Part shown: one piece after another, positions 1-9,962 of the stretch
Layout: each line of letters opens with the position of its first letter
How positions within the stretch are numbered: position 1 is the stretch's first letter
Assembly (NCBI GenBank): GCA_963827685.1
Contig: CAWHBU010000002.1
Location: forward strand, 864,001 to 928,000
DNA length: 64,000 nt
Direction: 5' to 3'
Source: an uncultured delta proteobacterium
GTDB taxonomy: Bacteria > Desulfobacterota > BSN033 > UBA1163
Translations under genes and position numbers: made by a program
The notes under the pieces: model-generated
What the model saw: only the letters and a program-made list of their open reading frames with translations
The model's database searches: none
Told to the model about the DNA's origin: nothing

Positions 1-881
1 TTTTTTAGGGACTCCTCACTCCCTTCATTCACCTTTGTAATAATGAGAAGATCAGCCCTCCTTAAGTTCACCTCTCCGGGATAGTAGAGTTTTTCGTGAC
101 CCGGCCTCAAGGCATCTACGAGAACGATCTCCCAATCCGGCCTGATAAATGGAAAATCATTGTTGCCTCCATCCCAGACAATCACCTGAGACTCTTGTTC
201 GGCCACCCTCAATACCTGTTCGTAGTCCACACCGGCGTAGACGGTAATTCCCATCTCAACGAGGGGTTCGAATTCCTCTCTTTCTTCGATGGTGCAAGTC
301 TCCTCCTCCACATCCCTCATGTTGGAAAAACAGAGCACCGGTTTAAACTCGCAATAGGCCATCGGATGGCGGATGACCGATACCTTAAGACCTCTTTTTC
401 TTAAGAGAGAGCCTAACTTGCGAGTGATGACCGACTTCCCGCAACCTGTCCTGACTGCGCAGACAGAAATGACCGGTACCCGACTTTTAAGCATCGTCTC
501 CGTTGGACCCAGAAAGACAAAATCCTGGCCTTTTGAAAGTACCCAAGAGGCCTTGTCCATAACTTCCTCATGGGAGACATCGCTGTAGGAAAAGATGACC
601 TGATCAACAAGAAATTCCGAGAGCAACCGGGGAAGCTCTTCCTCCGGGTAGATGGGAATCCCTTTGGGATAATGGGGTCCTGCAAGCTCTGGAGGATAGA
701 TGCGATCCGCAATAAAAGGGATTTGTGTGGCAGTGAAAGCAACTACGCGGCAGGAGGAATGTTTCCTAAAAGTTGTGTTGAAATTATGAAAATCCCTCCC
801 TCCTGCCCCGAGGATGATCACCCGGATGGGCTGCTTTGAATCCCCGCTCTTCGACTTGTTGTCAAAACCCCTCTTTTTCAT
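1..881 (-). CDS. Cyclic 2,3-diphosphoglycerate synthetase-like P-loop GTPase, partial (runs off window start)
   Basis: Not in ORF track. Manual translation from ATG 881: MKKRG...[15 protein letters not shown]...AVRTGCGKS...[10 protein letters not shown]...[15 protein letters not shown] overlaps the dgt stop (ATGA). Confidence 0.8.
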   Translation of the reverse strand, partial: MKKRGFDNKSKSGDSKQPIRVIILGAGGRDFHNFNTTFRKHSSCRVVAFTATQIPFIADRIYPPELAGPHYPKGIPIYPEEELPRLLSEFLVDQVIFSYSDVSHEEVMDKASWVLSKGQDFVFLGPTETMLKSRVPVISVCAVRTGCGKSVITRKLGSLLRKRGLKVSVIRHPMAYCEFKPVLCFSNMRDVEEETCTIEEREEFEPLVEMGITVYAGVDYEQVLRVAEQESQVIVWDGGNNDFPFIRPDWEIVLVDALRPGHEKLYYPGEVNLRRADLLIITKVNEGSEESLK

Positions 882-1924
882 AGGATGACCCAGGGAAGCG
901 GGAGAAAAAGTTTTTCATAAAGGTTGAAGGTATAACGGTCTGTCATGCCAGCAAGAAAGTCGCATACACATCGCTCCGGAGAGTCATAGAGTGACTCCAT
1001 TTTGGTCAGCGCTAAAAAATAATCCGGATGGTCAACCAGATATTGATAGAGTTCTCTCAAAATCTTTGTCGCCTTATGGAAATCGGAATGAACGGCTTCG
1101 CTCTCATAAACCTGCTTCCAGAGGAATTCCCGGAGATCCCAAATCGCTGAGAGAACAGCTTTTGAGATAGAAAGCTTCCCCTTACCGGATCGGAGGGTTT
1201 CCTGGATGATATCAGTGACCATCGTATTAATTCGCTTGGAATGGGTGTCACCCAGACATTTCAGACAATCACCGGGAATATTGTTTGGGGAAATCACCCC
1301 TCCCCGAATGGCATCGTCAATATCATGATTGATATAAGCAATGATATCCGCAATGCGCACCACCTGACCTTCAAGGGTAAAAGCCATTGCCTCAGGGTCC
1401 TCACAGAGGATCTCCCCCTTCCCCTTGGTGTGCTTCAAAATGCCGTCTCTCACCTCAAATGTGAGATTCAACCCCTTCCCATCTTTTTCCAGAAGATCGA
1501 CGACTCTCAGGCTTTGATCGGCGTGATTAAATCCGCCCGGAACGATCTCATTCAGGGTATCCTCCCCGGCATGGCCAAATGGGGTATGCCCCAGATCGTG
1601 TCCCAATGAGATAGCCTCTGTTAAATCCTCGTTGAGACGGAGGGCTTTGGCAACCGTCCTTGCAATCTGAGAAACCTCAAGGGTATGAGTCAATCGGGTC
1701 CGGTAATGATCACCCATTGGAATGAGAAAAACCTGGGTTTTGTGTTTTAATCTCCTGAAAGACTTGGAATGGATGATTCGATCTCGGTCATGTTGAAAGG
1801 CGGGTCGGAGCGGACATTCTTCCTCGTAAATTTGACGGCCCTTCGTCTTTGAACTCAACGTCGCAAAGGGAGAGAGGGTCTTTTTCTCAAGATCTTCTAA
1901 TTCTTCTCTAATCGTTTTTGTCAA
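878..1924 (-). CDS. dgt: dGTP triphosphohydrolase (HD domain)
   Basis: [56 protein letters not shown]. Confidence 0.93.
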   Translation of the reverse strand: MTKTIREELEDLEKKTLSPFATLSSKTKGRQIYEEECPLRPAFQHDRDRIIHSKSFRRLKHKTQVFLIPMGDHYRTRLTHTLEVSQIARTVAKALRLNEDLTEAISLGHDLGHTPFGHAGEDTLNEIVPGGFNHADQSLRVVDLLEKDGKGLNLTFEVRDGILKHTKGKGEILCEDPEAMAFTLEGQVVRIADIIAYINHDIDDAIRGGVISPNNIPGDCLKCLGDTHSKRINTMVTDIIQETLRSGKGKLSISKAVLSAIWDLREFLWKQVYESEAVHSDFHKATKILRELYQYLVDHPDYFLALTKMESLYDSPERCVCDFLAGMTDRYTFNLYEKLFLPLPWVIL

Positions 1925-2004
1925 TTGACAGGCTCCATTTGATCGAATATGCTTTTGATAGCTAAATTATCATAAAAGAAAGGCTTTATCAAACCGAACC
2001 TAAA

Positions 2005-3408
2005 ATGGACCTAAATCACCTCAGGGAAGAAATCCGCAAAGATCCCATCCTTTCCAAATTGTCGAGATTGGCGAGGGAACAGAACATTCCCTTTTTCTTG
2101 GTAGGAGGATATGTCAGGGATCTCTTGCTCGGGACGCCAGCGAAGGACTATGATTTCGTTTTGCCGAAACACGCCTCTCTATTCATTCAAACGATTGAGG
2201 AAGCCCTGCATCTTCGCTTCTTTAAGGTAGGGAAGGAGGAGATGAACACCGCCGCTTACCGAATCATCAAAGAAGGTATGTCCGTCGATCTCACCTTCCT
2301 ACAAGGGGAGACGATTGAAGAGGATCTCCAACGAAGAGACTTCACCGTCAACGCCGTCGCTTTCTCTCTTCAAGATGAAACCTTTCATTGGGTTGAAGGA
2401 GCCCTTGAGGATTTTGGAAAAAAGCTGATCCGTACCGCCTCAATGCATTCCATTGATCAAGATCCATTAAGGATGCTCCGGGCGATCCGTTACCTTTGCA
2501 CCCTGGATGGTTTTGTCATGGATAAGGAATTGAAGGAGGAGATTTCCCTAAAGAAAGAAAAGATCGCGAGCCTCCCTGGCGAGCGGATTAAAACAGAGCT
2601 GGATCAAATCTTTCTCTCTCCTCATCCAGCCCTTGGAATGAAATCCCTTTATGAATCCAATTTACTTTTCACCCTTTTCCCGGAACTGGAGGGTTTGGCA
2701 ACCCTTGGTCAAAATGAGCACCACCATCTGGATGTCCTTTCCCATACCCTTCTCATGGTTGAAAAAATATCATGGGCCTCTGAATGGGTCGCTCGACATG
2801 CTCAAGAGATTTCCCTGAATCAGGAAGATCGGCTCTCTCTCTATCATGCGGCCCTCTTCCACGATATCGGTAAACAAAATACGTATTTAAAAGATGGAAA
2901 AGGGAGGGTTCATTTCTATACCCACGAATCTTTCTCCGTTCAAGCAGCGGAGAGGATCATGGAAAGACTTCGCTTCTCCAACTCAACGAAGAATAAAATT
3001 CTCCACCTCGTCAAGAACCACATGAGAATCCTCAACCTGTCCTGGGAGACAAAAGAAACAGCCCTCAAAAGACTGGTCCATCAAATAGGGGATGAAACCC
3101 CTCTCCTTGTCCTTCTCACCCTTGCGGATAAGGAGGCGAGCCGGGGGATCCTATCCATTCAGAATGACGAGGTGGTAGAAAACCACTGTCTTCGTATCCT
3201 CGAATTATTTAAAGAAAAGGATATCGTCCATCCTCCGCCCCTCATCACCGGAGACGATGTGATGGCTTTGGGATATTCCTCTGGACCGAGAGTAGGACAA
3301 ATTCTGAACTTCATCCGCCAGAGGCAGGTGGAGGGCGAGATTAAAAATAGAGAAGAGGCATTAAGGGTGTTAAGAGAAACATTCGGAATGGAAGGGTTGG
3401 GGCGATAG
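2005..3408 (+). CDS. CCA-adding/poly(A) polymerase-family nucleotidyltransferase with HD domain
   Basis: VGGYVRD, DYD, RRDFTVNA, DPLRMLRA, FHDIGK. Confidence 0.9.
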   Translation: MDLNHLREEIRKDPILSKLSRLAREQNIPFFLVGGYVRDLLLGTPAKDYDFVLPKHASLFIQTIEEALHLRFFKVGKEEMNTAAYRIIKEGMSVDLTFLQGETIEEDLQRRDFTVNAVAFSLQDETFHWVEGALEDFGKKLIRTASMHSIDQDPLRMLRAIRYLCTLDGFVMDKELKEEISLKKEKIASLPGERIKTELDQIFLSPHPALGMKSLYESNLLFTLFPELEGLATLGQNEHHHLDVLSHTLLMVEKISWASEWVARHAQEISLNQEDRLSLYHAALFHDIGKQNTYLKDGKGRVHFYTHESFSVQAAERIMERLRFSNSTKNKILHLVKNHMRILNLSWETKETALKRLVHQIGDETPLLVLLTLADKEASRGILSIQNDEVVENHCLRILELFKEKDIVHPPPLITGDDVMALGYSSGPRVGQILNFIRQRQVEGEIKNREEALRVLRETFGMEGLGR

Positions 3409-3492
3409 AATCCTGTTGATTACTCAAACATATTTGATAGAATATTTGTAAAAGCAATAGTCATCAATAACCTTGCGCTGGGAGGTGGGTCT

Positions 3493-6462
3493 ATGGTCAA
3501 AAAATTCTCGGAAATTCTTAAAAAGAAGCTAAGGCCCCGCCTGAAGAAAATCCTTATTGGACTCATCATCTTCTTTGCCGCTTTTACCCTCCTTGGCTTT
3601 TTTGGACTGCCTCCGATCTTAAAGATTATTTTGACAAAGAAACTTTCTGAGAATCTGCATCGTGAGGTGACCATCAAACAGATCAAGCTCAACCCCTACG
3701 CCCTTTCCATAGCCATCAGAGGCCTAATGATTAAAGACAAGGAGAGCTCTGAAACCTTTCTGTCTTGCGAGGAGATCTTCCTCAATCTCGAGAGCCTCTC
3801 TGCGCTTAAGAGGGCTCTTATTCTTAGTGAAATAAGGTTAAAGCAACCCTTCATCAAGATCACTCAACATGCGGATAGATCCTATAATTTCTCAGATTTG
3901 ATAGAAAAAAAAGAGACCAAACCGCCAGAAAAGGAAAAATCTAAACCTCTTAATTTTTCTTTGAATAATATTAAAATAGAAAATGGGAGCATTGATTTCC
4001 TGGACGAATCCAAACAGAAAAAGCATACGGTCAGAGAGCTGAATATTGGCGTCCCATTTCTCTCAAACATCCCTTACTATGTCGAAACATACGTCCAACC
4101 CTCTTTTTCAGCCAAAATTAACGGAACTCCCTACACTCTCCAAGGAAAGACGAAACCATTTACGGAATCCCGTGAAACCACTTTTGATATTAATATTAAT
4201 GATCTGGATATTCCTTATTATCTTGTCTATGTTCCGATGAAAATGAATTTTAGGATTGCCTCGGCATACCTGGATACACAAACACAGATTTCTTTTGTTC
4301 AACCTAAGGGTGAAAAGCCTTCTCTCACCGTCACGGGAAATGTCTCACTGAAAAATATTGCCGTCAACGATCAACAGAATAAGCCTTTATTAAGGCTGCC
4401 CCTTTTGAGTATTTCCATCGCCCCATCAAGACCGATAGAAAAATTCATTCATTTATCCAAAGTCTCGATTCAATCGCCTGGGTTGGAAATACGGCGCGAT
4501 GGAAAAGGGACGCTTAATGTCCAGGCGCTTTTGCCGGAAAAGAGGGAGACAAAACCTGCCACTGGAAAAGCGGAGGATTCGACACCTTTTTCTTTAGACA
4601 TCGATGAAGTGCAACTGACGGATGGAAAAATCTCTTTTTCTGACCTCACGCCTGCCGAACCTGTCACCGTGACTGCCAAGAACCTCGACCTGAGAGTAGA
4701 AAAGATCTCGACTGCTAAAAACAGTAAGGGCAAACTTTCGCTTTCTCTCCTTCTGGATAAAAAGGGAAAGATTTCCACGACGGGATCGATTGGCATTGAC
4801 CCTATCACAGCAGAACTGAAAATGGACATGAAGGGTATTGAGATCGGCTCATTCCAATCCTATTTTGCTGATAAAGTAAAAATCACCGTTACAGGCGGCG
4901 CCTTCTCGACAACAGGCAACCTTTCGTTGGGCATTGCGGATAATAAGGAGATCAAAGTCACATACAGAGGCAATGCGGCTCTATCCGGTTTCTCTTCGAT
5001 TGACAAGGCCAACGCCGAGGATTTCTTGAAATGGGATTCTCTCTCTTTCAGTGGTCTCAACGTGGGGATCAACCCTCTCTTGATGGATATCAAAGGAATC
5101 TCGCTGACCAATTTCTATTCCCGGGTGATCATGAACGCTGGTGGAACCCTTAACCTTCAAGAAATCCTTGAAAAGGGTGAACCAAAGACAGGAACTCCAA
5201 CCCCTCCTGTAACACAGGAGAAAACTACTCCCCAGGAGAAGGCACCCCTTTCGCCAAAAGAATCTTCAAAAAATATCAAAATAGGAACGATCACTCTGCA
5301 AGGAGGAAGAATCGACTTCACCGACAGATCCCTCAAACCAGAATATTCGGCAAAACTGGCTGAGATAGGAGGAAGAATATCAGGGCTTTCCTCTGAAGAA
5401 ACCACCCTGGCAGATCTGGAACTTCGTGGGAAACTCGATGATTATGCCCCTCTCGAGATTACCGGGAAGATCAATCCTCTGAAAGAGGATCTTTATGTCG
5501 ACCTAAAAGTTAGGTTTAAAGATATGGAGCTCAGCCCTACGACCCCCTATGCCGGGAAATACGTCGGGTACACCGTCGAGAAAGGAAAACTCTCCTTTGA
5601 CCTGAAATACCTTATCGTCAAGAAGAAACTTGAATCTCAAAATTACATCCATCTAGACCAACTTACCTTAGGGGAAAAAGTGGAGAGTCCTCAAGCGACA
5701 AAGTTGCCTGTCAAGCTTGCCATTGCCCTTCTTAAGGACCGAAAAGGAGAAATCAAATTAGATATCCCTGTGACAGGCAGCCTGGATGACCCCAAATTTA
5801 GCATTTGGGGCATCATCTTAAAGATACTCATCAATCTGATTGCGAAAGCTGCCACATCACCGTTTTCACTTCTTGGAGCTGTTTTGGGGGGCGGTGAAGA
5901 ACTGAGTTTCGTAGAATTCGATTACGGAATCACCACCCTTACAGAACCGAATGCAAAGAAAATTGAAACCCTTGTAAAGGCGCTCCATGATAGACCTTCC
6001 CTCAAGATGGATCTCGAGGGCCATGTGGATATGGAGAAAGATAGAGAGGGATTAAAACAGTACCTGTTCAATAAAAAACTGAAGGCCCAGAAATTAAAAG
6101 AAATGGTTAAGAAAGGAGAACCCGCCATTGCAGTAGATGAGGTTAAAATCGAGCCTGCCGAATACGGGAAGTACTTGAAAATGGCGTATAAGGAGGGAAA
6201 ATTCCCCAAACCAAGAAATTTTCTTGGAATCGCGAAGGACTTGCCTGATCCGGAAATGGAAAAATTGATGCTTACCTATATCGAGATCAAGGAGGACGAT
6301 CTGAGAACCCTGGCCGCTCAACGAGCGATGAAGGTAAAAGATGCCATCTTGAAGTCCGGCCAGGTTGAACCAGAGAGGGTCTTTGTCCTTGAACCCAAAT
6401 CTCTTGCGCCTGAAAAGAAGGAAAAGCTCAAGGATAGCCGTGTTGATTTTAAACTCAAATAA
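3493..6462 (+). CDS. DUF748 / AsmA-like envelope protein
   Basis: N-terminal TM, repeated beta-taco-like segments, C-terminal LPVKLAIALLKDRKGEIKLDIPVTGSLDDPKFS and OmpA-like tail. Confidence 0.8.
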   Translation: MVKKFSEILKKKLRPRLKKILIGLIIFFAAFTLLGFFGLPPILKIILTKKLSENLHREVTIKQIKLNPYALSIAIRGLMIKDKESSETFLSCEEIFLNLESLSALKRALILSEIRLKQPFIKITQHADRSYNFSDLIEKKETKPPEKEKSKPLNFSLNNIKIENGSIDFLDESKQKKHTVRELNIGVPFLSNIPYYVETYVQPSFSAKINGTPYTLQGKTKPFTESRETTFDININDLDIPYYLVYVPMKMNFRIASAYLDTQTQISFVQPKGEKPSLTVTGNVSLKNIAVNDQQNKPLLRLPLLSISIAPSRPIEKFIHLSKVSIQSPGLEIRRDGKGTLNVQALLPEKRETKPATGKAEDSTPFSLDIDEVQLTDGKISFSDLTPAEPVTVTAKNLDLRVEKISTAKNSKGKLSLSLLLDKKGKISTTGSIGIDPITAELKMDMKGIEIGSFQSYFADKVKITVTGGAFSTTGNLSLGIADNKEIKVTYRGNAALSGFSSIDKANAEDFLKWDSLSFSGLNVGINPLLMDIKGISLTNFYSRVIMNAGGTLNLQEILEKGEPKTGTPTPPVTQEKTTPQEKAPLSPKESSKNIKIGTITLQGGRIDFTDRSLKPEYSAKLAEIGGRISGLSSEETTLADLELRGKLDDYAPLEITGKINPLKEDLYVDLKVRFKDMELSPTTPYAGKYVGYTVEKGKLSFDLKYLIVKKKLESQNYIHLDQLTLGEKVESPQATKLPVKLAIALLKDRKGEIKLDIPVTGSLDDPKFSIWGIILKILINLIAKAATSPFSLLGAVLGGGEELSFVEFDYGITTLTEPNAKKIETLVKALHDRPSLKMDLEGHVDMEKDREGLKQYLFNKKLKAQKLKEMVKKGEPAIAVDEVKIEPAEYGKYLKMAYKEGKFPKPRNFLGIAKDLPDPEMEKLMLTYIEIKEDDLRTLAAQRAMKVKDAILKSGQVEPERVFVLEPKSLAPEKKEKLKDSRVDFKLK

Positions 6463-6510
6463 TCCGAAACCGGCCCATCAGAATCTCACGGCGAAAAGGA
6501 GGAGCCAGCG

Positions 6511-6966
6511 ATGTTAAAGGAATTCAAAGAATTTGCAATGCGGGGAAATGTTGTGGACATGGCGGTTGGAATCATTATTGGTGCGGCCTTTGGCACCATC
6601 GTCAATTCGCTTGTCCAGGATCTGATAATGCCACCCATCGGTCTACTTCTTGGGAATATCGATTTCTCCAACTTCTTCGCGGTGCTTAAGGAAGGTAAGG
6701 TGGCCGGACCCTATGCATCGGTTGCCGCGGCAAAAGCGGCTGGCGCGGTGACCATGAACTATGGTGTGTTCATCAGCACCATCATCAGTTTTTTCATTGT
6801 TGCCTTTGCCGTGTTTCTTCTTGTTCGGACGATCAATAGACTGAAGCGTCAAGGGGAAGCTCCACCTCCGGTCCCAACCACGAAAGAGTGTACTTACTGT
6901 TTTTCAAAGATCCCGATTCAGGCGACGCGTTGTCCGAACTGTACCTCTGAGCTGAAGGCAGGTTGA
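6511..6966 (+). CDS. mscL: Large-conductance mechanosensitive channel with C-terminal Zn-ribbon
   Basis: [27 protein letters not shown]; tail CTYC...CPNC; SD AGGAGG. Confidence 0.93.
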   Translation: MLKEFKEFAMRGNVVDMAVGIIIGAAFGTIVNSLVQDLIMPPIGLLLGNIDFSNFFAVLKEGKVAGPYASVAAAKAAGAVTMNYGVFISTIISFFIVAFAVFLLVRTINRLKRQGEAPPPVPTTKECTYCFSKIPIQATRCPNCTSELKAG

Positions 6967-6993
6967 AAGAGATACTGCGACCCATTCACCCCG

Positions 6994-7099
6994 CACTCAC
7001 CCTCCTCTCTCCCGCGACCACGGGCGAGAGGGCTTCGGCGTGAGCCCGTCGGCCTGAGCTAGGGTTGAAGGCTCAGTCGACCGCTAAAGGTGAGTGGGG
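6994..7099. repeat. REP-like palindromic element (CACTCACC...GGTGAGTG) with two nested mini-elements
   Basis: Terminal inverted repeats; internal cttcggcgtgagc...ctcagtcgaccg also seen near 53386 and 53495. Confidence 0.65.
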
Positions 7100-7132
7100 A
7101 TAATCGAAACAAAATAGAACAGGAGAATTACA

Positions 7133-8461
7133 ATGGTATCACGCCTCCTCAACTTCTTTAAGACCGGTATTTGGGAAATCCAATTAAAGGGCCTCTCCCC
7201 TATAGAAGCCTTCTTCTTTAAATACTTACGCATTATTCTTTTGGCATTGCGAGGATTTATGAGGGATCAATGTCAGAAGACCGCTTCGGTTCTGACCTAT
7301 TATTCTTTACTCAATATTGTTCCGGTGGTCGCCGTGGCCTTTGCGGTCGCAAAAGGCTTTGGTCTTGAGAAACTCATCGAAAAAAAAATCCTCCAAATTG
7401 CTGAAAATGCAAACTGGCAATCGGATGTCACCACACAGATTATTTCCTTTTCTCACAAACTCCTTGAGCAGGCAAAGGGAGGCTTAATTGCCGGCATCGG
7501 TGTGGTATTGCTATTCTGGACAGTGATATCGATCCTGGGGAAAATTGAAGACTCATTGAATGAGATCTGGGAAGTAAAAAAATCCAGGACACTGGTGAGA
7601 AAATTTAGTGATTATATTGCAGTGATGGTCTTAGGCCCTGTTCTTCTTATCATTTCCAGCAGTGCGACCGTCCTTGTGGCAAGTCAAGTGAAGGTGATCG
7701 TCAACAAAATCGCCTTCCTGGGAGTTTTCGGAAAGGTGATTCTTCTCCTGTTGAATCTACTGCCCTATGTATCCATCTGGACGCTCCTAACGATGCTCTA
7801 CCTGATCATGCCAAACACCCGGATACCGGTCAGGTCAGCCATTTTGGGAGGTATCTTTGCAGGGACCATTGCCCAAATCGTCCAATGGATATATATTAAA
7901 TTCCAGATTGGGGTAGCAAGTTATGGCGCTATTTACGGGAGCTTCGCGGCCCTTCCCCTTTTCTTAGCCATGCTTCAAATGAGTTGGATGATCGTTCTTT
8001 TCGGTGCGGAAATCGCTTATGCCAATGAGCATTATGAAACATTCGGCTTTCATCCGGACTATTCTCGGATAAGTGTTTCATCGAAAAGACTCCTCATGCT
8101 TAGGATCTTTCACCTTCTCACCAAGAAGTTTTCTCTTGGAGAAAAGGCTTTAAGTGCCAGCCAGATTGCCCATGTGTTGGAGATTCCGGTTCGACTTGTA
8201 CGGCAGCTCCTCCATGAATTAAGCGATGTGGGTCTGGTGGTTGAGACAGTCAGGGGAATCAAGAGCGAGGTCGCCTTTCAACCAGGGCGAACGATTGAAA
8301 ACATCACAGTCAAAGCCGCTCTCGACGAGTATGAGAAGTACGGAATTACAAAGATCCCTGACTATCAGTCCGAAGAAGCGGAGAAGATTTCCAAATATCT
8401 GAAAGATATTTCAGAAACCATCGAAAAATCACCTGCAAACGTCCGTTTGAAAGAGATCTGA
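7133..8461 (+). CDS. YihY/BrkB-family membrane protein with C-terminal winged-helix
   Basis: ASVLTYYSLLNIVP, YGAIYGSFAALPLFL...IVLFGAEIAY; HTH-like C-terminus. Confidence 0.85.
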   Translation: MVSRLLNFFKTGIWEIQLKGLSPIEAFFFKYLRIILLALRGFMRDQCQKTASVLTYYSLLNIVPVVAVAFAVAKGFGLEKLIEKKILQIAENANWQSDVTTQIISFSHKLLEQAKGGLIAGIGVVLLFWTVISILGKIEDSLNEIWEVKKSRTLVRKFSDYIAVMVLGPVLLIISSSATVLVASQVKVIVNKIAFLGVFGKVILLLLNLLPYVSIWTLLTMLYLIMPNTRIPVRSAILGGIFAGTIAQIVQWIYIKFQIGVASYGAIYGSFAALPLFLAMLQMSWMIVLFGAEIAYANEHYETFGFHPDYSRISVSSKRLLMLRIFHLLTKKFSLGEKALSASQIAHVLEIPVRLVRQLLHELSDVGLVVETVRGIKSEVAFQPGRTIENITVKAALDEYEKYGITKIPDYQSEEAEKISKYLKDISETIEKSPANVRLKEI

Positions 8462-8485
8462 CAAGGGCAGTAGCGTCCCAAATAT

Positions 8486-8683
8486 GAGATTGCTTCGCTT
8501 CGCCCTGAACACCATGTGGTGCTGTGGTGCAGGGCTTCGCTCGCAATGACCACTTCAATCATAACACTTTACTGTCATTGCGAGGAGTCCCGGCATAGCG
8601 GGATGACGTGCCTGCACGCCGAAGTGTTTGAACACAGGGATTCTTAGTAGCATGAAGTTTCGGCACGCAGGCGTGGCAATCTC
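8486..8683. repeat. Inverted pair of GTCATTGCGAG...GCAATCTC REP-like elements, each interrupted by a CCTG...CAGG insert
   Basis: gagattgcttcg...ctcgcaatgac (8486-8550) and gtcattgcgag...gcaatctc (8574-8683). Confidence 0.75.
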
Positions 8684-8756
8684 GATTTTGAAAGCCAATG
8701 AAATCAAGTGTAGTGAAATCTAATTCGGGCAAGAGTGACAGGAAGGGTGTGTCTCA

Positions 8757-9785
8757 TTGACAAATCGATCCGAAATCCCTTATAAAATTGATTGGATGCC
8801 AACAATTCTTGTAACCGGGGGAGGGGGATATATCGGAAGTCATGTGGTTAGGGAACTTCTTCACCAGAATTATAAGCCTATCGTCTTTGATAATCTTCAA
8901 ACTGGCCATCGAAAAACCACTAAAAATGCCCTCTTCATAGAAGGGGACCTTTCTAATCAAAGAAAACTTGCAGAGACTTTTCAAGCCAATTCCATTGATG
9001 CGGTCATGCATTTTGCAGCAGATTGTTTGGTTGGAGAATCCGTGCAGGATCCGGTAAAATATTTCAACAATAATGTTAGAAATAGCTTGAAACTAATTGA
9101 AATGATGGAAGACTGTAACGTAAGGAAAATTGTTTTTTCTTCCTCTGCTGCGGTCTACGGTGAGCCTAAAGAAATCCCTATTTCCGAAAACCATCCCTGT
9201 GCTCCGACAAACCCTTATGGTGAGACCAAATGGATCTTTGAGAAAGTACTGCAGGCCTTTCATGATGGAGGTAAATTAAATTTCATCTCTCTCAGGTACT
9301 TCAATGCAGCAGGAGCTGATCCAGAGGGCGAGTTGGGAGAGGATCACTCTCCGGAAAGCCATCTGATCCCATTAGTGATCAAAGCAGCTCTGGACCGAAC
9401 TTCAGTTCCTGTTTTTGGCACTGATTATGATACTCCTGATGGAACTTGCATCCGTGACTATATCCACGTCACCGATCTTGCCCATGCCCATATTTTAGCA
9501 CTTAGGAAATTAGATCAAGGGAAAATGTCCGGGATTTATAATCTGGGAAACGGCAATGGATATTCAGTGAGAGAAGTGATCGAGACAGTCAAAAAGGTAA
9601 CCGGGAGAAAGGTCGTTGCTATCGATTCGCCAAGGAGGCCAGGGGACCCTGCCCGGCTGGTGGCCACTTCACAGAAGATTAAAGAAGAGCTGGGGTGGAT
9701 TCCCAGATACCCCGATCTGGAAACGATTGTTAAAACCGCTTATCATTGGCATAGGAAACACCCGAAGGGATATGACGATACATGA
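8757..9785 (+). CDS. galE: UDP-glucose 4-epimerase
   Basis: GGGGYIGSH, FSSSAAVYG, YGETK, LRYFNAAGA, DGTCIRDYIHV; start may be ATG 8796. Confidence 0.95.
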   Translation: MTNRSEIPYKIDWMPTILVTGGGGYIGSHVVRELLHQNYKPIVFDNLQTGHRKTTKNALFIEGDLSNQRKLAETFQANSIDAVMHFAADCLVGESVQDPVKYFNNNVRNSLKLIEMMEDCNVRKIVFSSSAAVYGEPKEIPISENHPCAPTNPYGETKWIFEKVLQAFHDGGKLNFISLRYFNAAGADPEGELGEDHSPESHLIPLVIKAALDRTSVPVFGTDYDTPDGTCIRDYIHVTDLAHAHILALRKLDQGKMSGIYNLGNGNGYSVREVIETVKKVTGRKVVAIDSPRRPGDPARLVATSQKIKEELGWIPRYPDLETIVKTAYHWHRKHPKGYDDT

Positions 9786-9792
9786 AAAGTAC

Positions 9793-9914
9793 CAAATTCC
9801 AAGCACCAAATAACAAATGAATTTCAATTACCTAAATTGTAAACATAAGTTTTTGGTCATTTGAGATTGGATATTGGAATTTGTTTGGGATTTGGAAATT
9901 GGGATTTTGGATTT
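9793..9914. repeat. Inverted heptamer-periodic repeat element (AAATTCC/AAGCACC ... GGAATTT/GGGATTT)
   Basis: 7-bp periodic C-rich arm followed by complementary G-rich arm; related arms at 21303, 44565, 48915, 59388, 60657, 62146. Confidence 0.7.
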
Positions 9915-9962
9915 TAACACCATGCCCTATGCCCTTTGCGTTTTTATAAGGAGAGAAAAACC

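Noticed and set aside
96-839. Several short track ORFs
   Set aside because: Explained by the minus-strand GTPase gene running off the window edge.
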